32,000 nt of DNA, taken from contig CP001848.1 of the NCBI GenBank assembly GCA_000025185.1, positions 4,560,001-4,592,000 of the forward strand. The letters run 5' to 3'. A program made the translations under genes and the position numbers. Of the stretch, positions 26,988-32,000 are shown piece by piece. This DNA is from Pirellula staleyi DSM 6068. GTDB lineage: Bacteria > Planctomycetota > Planctomycetia > Pirellulales > Pirellulaceae. Each line of letters starts with the position of its first letter. Positions within the stretch are counted from its first letter, which is position 1. Below the pieces are notes generated by a model. That model ran no database searches, was not told where the DNA came from, and saw only the letters and a list, made by a program, of their open reading frames with translations.

Positions 26988-27926
26988 TCACGGAATCCAG
27001 CCGGGAAGGGCGGCTGCCTGTCGCATCCAGGTCTTCATTTGCGCCTCGTCGAACTGATCGTCCTCGTAGATATCGATCCAGCGCGCCTCTTTGCTCTTCT
27101 CCGTGCCACCCGGTGGAATCGGGCGGAGCGACATCCCTGCGAAGAAGGTTACTTTGACGTAACGCGTGAGGACATGAAACGAAACGAACCACCCCTTACC
27201 CTCGACCCCATAGAACGGAGAGTTCCACCTGACGGCCTTGAGTACGCCAGGGACATTCTGCTCGATGATCGCGTCGAGTCGTTTCCCAAGATCTCTTTTC
27301 CAGCCCGGCATCGCGGCGATATAAGCCTGCACGGGAGCATCCCCATCTCCTTTGGCGATTTGTGGATTCCCACCGGAGAGCAGCACAACCCCTTGCTCAT
27401 TTTTTTGTAATTTACCAGGCTGAGCGCCCGACTTGGGAGCCTTTCCTTTGGCACGTGCCGCTGGTTTGACTTTCGCCGTCGCTTTCGGCGAGGTATTGAA
27501 GGCGACAGCCGCTTTCACTAGCGCTTGGAAAGCTCGCGCGTCGACGGACTCTCCTTCCTTGATATCAATGGCTCGGCGCGTATTTCCTTCCAAGCTGGAA
27601 TTGAAAAGCTTAGCAGGGTCCGGAAGACTTGCCCCTTTAGCAAAAGTAAGTTTCACGACGTTCTGATACGTTTCGCCCGTGCAAACGATCCCATCGTGCG
27701 ACCAGACAGGGACTCCCGTCATCGCATTAGAAGGCTTCTTCCACTTCTGCTCTTCGATCATTTCCGGATCAGCCTGGAGAATCAACTTCCGCATTCGATC
27801 GAGTGTTTCAGCACGCCAATCCGGCTGAGTTTCTGGAACAGCGAGCTGCGCCTCTGACTTGATTTTTTTCGCTTGCGAAGCGTCTACTTGCTGAGTTGGT
27901 TTTGCTCTTGGGCGATCTTTGGTCAT
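26988..27926 (-). CDS. Tandem DUF1801 (YdhG-like) domain protein
   Basis: ATG 27924-27926. The first half (WRAETLDRMRKLILQADPEMIEEQKWKKP..VKLTFAKGASLPDP) and the second half (VQAYIAAMPGWKRDLGKRLDAIIEQNVPGVLKAVRWNSPFYG..YVKVTFFAGMSL) both follow the DUF1801 pattern. They are joined by a Lys/Ala-rich linker. Confidence 0.7.
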   Translation of the reverse strand: MTKDRPRAKPTQQVDASQAKKIKSEAQLAVPETQPDWRAETLDRMRKLILQADPEMIEEQKWKKPSNAMTGVPVWSHDGIVCTGETYQNVVKLTFAKGASLPDPAKLFNSSLEGNTRRAIDIKEGESVDARAFQALVKAAVAFNTSPKATAKVKPAARAKGKAPKSGAQPGKLQKNEQGVVLLSGGNPQIAKGDGDAPVQAYIAAMPGWKRDLGKRLDAIIEQNVPGVLKAVRWNSPFYGVEGKGWFVSFHVLTRYVKVTFFAGMSLRPIPPGGTEKSKEARWIDIYEDDQFDEAQMKTWMRQAAALPGWIP

Positions 27927-27980
27927 AGCTAGTCTCTTACGGACGAATATTTCAGAGCGATCTGTGCGGCATGTTTGAAA

Positions 27981-28190
27981 TCAAGTGGATTTTCGGGCGA
28001 ACAGCCGGGTTACAAGGTGCCCCTTCCACATCCACAGTCCAGAAACGAGCAGCACCGGCATGAAGAGGTATTGAAACATGTAGCGGTAGGGTTCGGTCTC
28101 GGCCGGTGGACCATACACCAGCCCGATCAAAGGCAAACCAAAGAGGATATGCACCCAGCGGAGTATCGTGCGTTGTGTGGCTTGATTCAT
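27981..28190 (-). CDS. Possible small 2-TM membrane protein (69 aa)
   Basis: ATG 28188-28190. Two hydrophobic stretches (WVHILFGLPLIGLVYG; YLFMPVLLVSGLWMW). Supported only by ORF and hydrophobicity. Confidence 0.35.
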   Translation of the reverse strand: MNQATQRTILRWVHILFGLPLIGLVYGPPAETEPYRYMFQYLFMPVLLVSGLWMWKGHLVTRLFARKST

Positions 28191-28380
28191 GTTGGATTAA
28201 GCAGTGGTACTTGTGAATACTCGTAGTGATAGTGCGACGTAGTAGTTCGGCTTTGCTGCGGATGGGAATCGAGAATGATCGAGTAAATAATGCAGACGGA
28301 TAGGGAAGCGTGAGGTCTAGCGTGCTTCACTCGCCGATCTTTCGAGTACGACTGAAAATGCTATAGCCCCAATTGGCTCG

Positions 28381-29280
28381 CTAATTGTTTGTCTGAGAGA
28401 GCACAGCTTCGAGCCGGTCGAGAACTTGCACGTTGGCTGTTTCGCTAAGGACTCGCATTTTTGCGGCCAGTTCAGGGCTCTCAAACTGCTGAACCCACGA
28501 TAGCAACGTTTGCTTGCCACCAGTTTCATCGCTTCGATCGGTGAGCGTGACTGTGAGCAAGAACCACGGAGCCACCACATGCTCGATCACGATTTTTTGA
28601 TCGGGCTGAATCTCGCGAAAAAAGCTGTCGTTCGGGTAATGGGCACCACTTGGGGCGTGCATCACAAACAGCCAGCGACCATCGACCTTGAACTCGAATT
28701 GCTCGAAGGTGCTGGTAAAACCTGAAGGACCCCACCACGCTGCGAGTTGCTCGGGCTGCTCGAATGCGGCGAATATCTTGCGCGGACTGAAATGGAACAG
28801 TCGCTCCGTATAGACCGCTGAGCTTCGCGATTCGGCCCAAACTGTTAGCTGCTCCAGCATCATGGACCAGCCATACTCGGCCCCAGCTAGCGCGTGCTCG
28901 CCAAAAGGCTGTGTAACGTCGAAGCCAGCGTGCTCGAAGAAAAGGCGTGTCCCATTCCCATCGGGTTCAAGGCGAAAACTGACTTGCGTATTCTCGACAG
29001 GTCCGCTCACCGACCACGAGAAGACGAGTCGGCCACCGCAGTTTTCACCCGCTGCATTCTGGCGCGGCGGATCGCACTCGAGAACTTGGCAGCGAACCGT
29101 GAGACCCTCGAAACCAACGCTCGGCTTCGGTGGCACCCGAAAGGTGAAGCGGTGCCCGACAATCGGCTGAAAGTCGTTGGGATACATCCAGTCGGCTAGC
29201 GCCGCACTTGTTGTCAGCGCTTGCCAAACTTGCGCAATGGGCTGTGGAACGACAATCTCTCGCTGAATCGAGCGGGTCAT
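28381..29280 (-). CDS. Tandem SRPBCC (AHSA1/Aha1-like) domain protein
   Basis: I prefer ATG 29278-29280 (MTRSIQREIVVPQPIAQVWQALT..), which overlaps the ArsR stop as ATGA; the ORF-track start at 29358 would overlap the ArsR gene. The second domain starts around VYTERLFHFSPRKIFAAFEQPEQLAAWWGP. Both halves match the Aha1-domain pattern. Confidence 0.8.
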   Translation of the reverse strand: MTRSIQREIVVPQPIAQVWQALTTSAALADWMYPNDFQPIVGHRFTFRVPPKPSVGFEGLTVRCQVLECDPPRQNAAGENCGGRLVFSWSVSGPVENTQVSFRLEPDGNGTRLFFEHAGFDVTQPFGEHALAGAEYGWSMMLEQLTVWAESRSSAVYTERLFHFSPRKIFAAFEQPEQLAAWWGPSGFTSTFEQFEFKVDGRWLFVMHAPSGAHYPNDSFFREIQPDQKIVIEHVVAPWFLLTVTLTDRSDETGGKQTLLSWVQQFESPELAAKMRVLSETANVQVLDRLEAVLSQTNN

Positions 29281-29609
29281 GCTTTGCTCTGCTTCGCTAA
29301 ATGCTGCTGAAGTCGCTGAAGACGATCGTCCCAAAATCGTTCGTAGTGCGCGAGCCAATCTCGCACCGGGGCAAGTCGCTCGGGAACAAAGTGATAGAGA
29401 CGCTGACGCCCCTGTCGCTGCTCGGTAAGCAGACCGGCGTCGAGCAAAATGCGTAGATGCTGCGACACCGCGGGGCGACTCATCGCAAAGTGACCAGCAA
29501 TCGCACTGACAGACTGGTCTTCTTCCGCAAGCAGATCCAGCATCTGCCGGCGCGCAGGATGACTGATCGCTCCAAAAATATCAGCCTCACGCTCGATCGT
29601 TCTCACCAT
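29277..29609 (-). CDS. ArsR/SmtB family transcriptional regulator
   Basis: HTH region ISHPARRQMLDLLAEEDQSVSAIAGHFAMSRPAVSQHLRILLDAGLL. The start is uncertain: ATG 29609 (MVRTIERE, 111 aa) is preferred because a perfect palindrome lies just upstream. Alternative starts at 29630 and 29645. Confidence 0.85.
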   Translation of the reverse strand: MVRTIEREADIFGAISHPARRQMLDLLAEEDQSVSAIAGHFAMSRPAVSQHLRILLDAGLLTEQRQGRQRLYHFVPERLAPVRDWLAHYERFWDDRLQRLQQHLAKQSKA

Positions 29610-29622
29610 GGGGCCAATATAC

Positions 29623-29638
29623 GTAAGCATTTGCTTAC
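29623..29638. promoter_or_regulatory. Candidate ArsR operator: perfect 7-2-7 inverted repeat
   Basis: GTAAGCA TT TGCTTAC at 29623-29638, 14-29 nt upstream of the ATG at 29609 on the minus strand. ArsR/SmtB repressors typically bind dyads overlapping their own promoters. Confidence 0.45.
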
Positions 29639-29885
29639 CTGTCAAGCCGCACTCTCTCCGTCCTCACAAACGCACGTACTCCATCCGCCACCACCAAAGC
29701 CCCAAATACCTTGGCGATCAGAATTTCAGCCACTGCATTCATACTTTTTTCATTGCACTGTGGATCGCGCTGGATGGTGTTTTTGTTGATATGGCGAGGG
29801 CGGAAATGCTGGTATCATTTGCGTCAGCGATGCGCTGCTGGCGGCGTGCTCCACCTCTCTCCTGATTATCGAGCGGAACTAACCC

Positions 29886-31193
29886 ATGTCTGATCAGACG
29901 CAGATTCGTCGACGAACATTTCTTCAATCTACCTTGGCGGCTGGCGCTGCGACTGCAGTTGCGTCCTTTGTTCCTGCTACGGCACTCGGACGACAAGGGG
30001 CTACTGCTCCGAGCGAGAAGATTACTCTCGGTGTGATCGGCATTGGCCCACGCTGCACCTACGACATGAAGTCGATCTTGCCGATGGGGGATGTTCAGTG
30101 CGTGGCGATTGCCGATGTCCAAGCATCGCGACGTGATGCGGGAAAAAAACTAGTCGACGACCACTACAAAAACGCCGACTGCAAACTCTATCGCGACTTT
30201 CGTGAACTTCTGGATCGCAAAGATATCGATGCAGTGCTGATCGCCACCGGCGATCGCTGGCATGCAGCCGCCTCGATCATGGCGGCCCAAGCTGGGAAGG
30301 ATGTCTATAGCGAGAAGCCTTGCGGAATCACGATTGCCGATTGCCAAAAACTGGCCGACACCATGCATGCCGAGAAGCGCGTGTTTCAGGCAGGTACGCA
30401 GCGGCGCAGCGTTCTGAATTTTCAGAAAGCAGTCGAACTGGCTCACTCGGGGAAACTTGGCAAGTTACAGACGATGCACGCATCGGTTTATGTACCGACG
30501 CTCGATAACACCTGGCTCCCTGCGGAACCAACACCAGCGCGCGATGTTGTCGACTGGAATCTCTGGCTCGGCCCATCCGCTTGGCGACCGTACAACCAGC
30601 AGTATGTCGGGGGAAAGTGGCGCGGGCAGTGGGATTTTGACTCCGGCGCTCGACTACTTGACTGGGGTGCTCATACGGTCGATCTGTGCCAATGGGCTAA
30701 TCAAGCGGACAACACTTTGCCAATCGATTACGAGCCGACCGAGAACAGCATCGTCTGCCGCTATGCCAACGGCGTGAAGCTAGTGATCGATTTCCTGCAA
30801 GCACCGTTTGGAGACCGTGCGCCTCATTACATCACCCGACTCGGCACTTGTCCCGTCCGATTCATCGGTGATGAAGGCTCGGTGGAAACGGGAGATGAGG
30901 GAGAGATCGTCGCCTCGTCGAGCACACTACAGAAGCAACTCGATGGTACCAAGCGCGTTCGTGGTCTCGATGTTTCGACGCATGCCCGCGACTTCTTCGA
31001 CTGCATGCGATCGCGCGAAAAGACCGCTGCGAATCCCGACGTGATGCGACGTTCGCACATCGCTTGTCATGCCGCCGCGATCGCTTGGATTCTGAAACGG
31101 AAGCTCACAATCGATCCTGTCACGGAGACGTTTGTTAGCGATCCGGAAGCGAACCTGCTCAGGTCACGTCCTGCTCGCGAATGGGCCGTGTAG
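29886..31193 (+). CDS. Gfo/Idh/MocA family oxidoreductase with Tat-type signal
   Basis: ATG 29886. MSDQTQIRRRTFLQSTLAAGAATAVA is a twin-arginine signal. Rossmann-like ITLGVIGIGPRC, then DAVLIATGDRWH and VYSEKPCG, typical of the family. Confidence 0.85.
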   Translation: MSDQTQIRRRTFLQSTLAAGAATAVASFVPATALGRQGATAPSEKITLGVIGIGPRCTYDMKSILPMGDVQCVAIADVQASRRDAGKKLVDDHYKNADCKLYRDFRELLDRKDIDAVLIATGDRWHAAASIMAAQAGKDVYSEKPCGITIADCQKLADTMHAEKRVFQAGTQRRSVLNFQKAVELAHSGKLGKLQTMHASVYVPTLDNTWLPAEPTPARDVVDWNLWLGPSAWRPYNQQYVGGKWRGQWDFDSGARLLDWGAHTVDLCQWANQADNTLPIDYEPTENSIVCRYANGVKLVIDFLQAPFGDRAPHYITRLGTCPVRFIGDEGSVETGDEGEIVASSSTLQKQLDGTKRVRGLDVSTHARDFFDCMRSREKTAANPDVMRRSHIACHAAAIAWILKRKLTIDPVTETFVSDPEANLLRSRPAREWAV

Positions 31194-31342
31194 AGCGTAC
31201 TGAGCAAATGGAGAACGCGTTGAAGCTCTAAGCTTCCAAGCATCGCTGGAGCTTCATGCAATCTGACGTTTGAGCTCGCGCCGATAGCAAGAGCGGCTGT
31301 TGTGCCTGAAGCAGACAGCCAGCTGCAGATTGGAAAAGATCC

Positions 31343-32000
31343 CTAAGGGTTAGCGAATTCGACCTTCATGGCTTTTGTATCGACGCGCACTTCATCGGCG
31401 GAATTCGGCTGCCAATTCGAAACCTCCATGACCCGCTGTCCATTGATGGGTGCCGAGAGAAACAGCTGAATTTCTTTCCACGAATTGAAGAAGACCACGC
31501 TTTCACCCGAGTCGCGATGACGCAGGTAAACCGCTCCCGATTCAATGTAGGGGCCGCCGTGTGAGCCGATTTCGAAAGTGACGCGATGAATGCCTCGCGC
31601 AATTCGAACTTCGCCCGATCCACCGACATCCTTGCCGTTGATCGAAAAACGCCCGCCGCGAGTGATCTCGAGGCTGTAAGTGGCATCTTCAGGAATAGCG
31701 ATACTGGCAGTGCCGATGTACGAGATCTCATCAAATGGGATTCGGCCGCGAACCGTATCTTGAATTTCACGGCTCCAGAGATTGGCATTGGGTACCAGCA
31801 TGTTCACCACCGGATAAGGCTTGCGTTTATCCGAGTAATACAAGTAGACCCCGAGGAACGACTGAAAGGCTGTGTTCGAATTTCGGTTAGGAACTTTCCA
31901 TTCCCCTGGGCCGCTAGCGGCTGGTGGAGTGGTGGGCCGAGTGGGGTCAGTTGGACTAGCGGCCACGGCTGTGGGTGAGGGCTGCACGCTGGCCAGACGC
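31343..32000 (-). CDS. Hypothetical protein, C-terminal part only (5' end off-window); beta-sandwich (PA14-like?) region
   Basis: The frame stays open past the GTG at 31987 to the window edge (codon phase ends at 31999). A Pro/Thr-rich segment is followed by ..ATYSLEITRGGRFSINGKDVGGSGEVRIARGIHRVTFEIG.., which is reminiscent of PA14-type domains. That assignment is weak. Confidence 0.55.
   Translation of the reverse strand, partial: RLASVQPSPTAVAASPTDPTRPTTPPAASGPGEWKVPNRNSNTAFQSFLGVYLYYSDKRKPYPVVNMLVPNANLWSREIQDTVRGRIPFDEISYIGTASIAIPEDATYSLEITRGGRFSINGKDVGGSGEVRIARGIHRVTFEIGSHGGPYIESGAVYLRHRDSGESVVFFNSWKEIQLFLSAPINGQRVMEVSNWQPNSADEVRVDTKAMKVEFANP

Noticed and set aside
31194-31342. Weak hairpins (GAAGCT-cta-AGCTTC; GGCTGTT..GACAGCC) in the convergent spacer after the oxidoreductase gene
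   Set aside because: The stems are 6-7 bp with no adjacent U-tract. They cannot be told apart from chance palindromes.
1-32000. Defence island, prophage or mobile element
   Set aside because: No integrase, transposase, recombinase, nuclease/helicase-type or toxin-antitoxin-like ORFs, tRNA attachment site or flanking repeats were found. The gene content is metabolic and envelope-related throughout.

Overview
GC-rich (roughly mid-50s % by eye), densely coding chromosomal segment. Its gene content points to a Planctomycetota (Pirellulales-like) genome; this is an inference from the planctomycete-specific domain families present, not from a database search. I support about 26 protein-coding genes. 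I found no rRNA, tRNA, CRISPR array, transposase or integrase, terminal inverted repeats or other mobile-element signature. Layout: (i) nt 2-3468 (+) holds a translationally coupled DUF1549/DUF1553 + DUF1501 pair. (ii) nt 3823-16227 (-) is a 12.4-kb same-strand array headed by an ECF sigma factor and a membrane anti-sigma factor. These are followed by two diverged DUF1592-family (CXXCH) + DUF1552 (HXXSHH) pairs, a secreted leucine-rich-repeat protein between them, and a 383-aa secreted orphan. (iii) nt 16708-18378 (+) encodes a secreted beta-lactamase-fold serine hydrolase with a C-terminal CARDB-like domain. (iv) nt 18450-26622 (-) is a nine-gene cbb3-type cytochrome oxidase cluster: diheme cytochrome c, coiled-coil membrane protein, ccoN, ccoO, two small membrane proteins, a CcoI/FixI-type P-type ATPase, a TauE/DsbD_2-like protein and a DUF4405-like protein. 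It lacks recognisable ccoQ, ccoP, ccoG, ccoH and ccoS in the window. (v) nt 26988-32000 holds small accessory genes: tandem DUF1801, an ArsR + tandem SRPBCC operon, a Tat-signal Gfo/Idh/MocA oxidoreductase and a partial beta-sandwich-like protein. The two best candidates for undescribed biology are the ECF-gated array of uncharacterised exported proteins and the non-canonical accessory genes wrapped around ccoNO. Both proposals are hypotheses built from motifs, signal peptides and gene order read by eye. No HMM, BLAST or structure search was possible, and nothing resembling a classical defence system or mobile island was seen.
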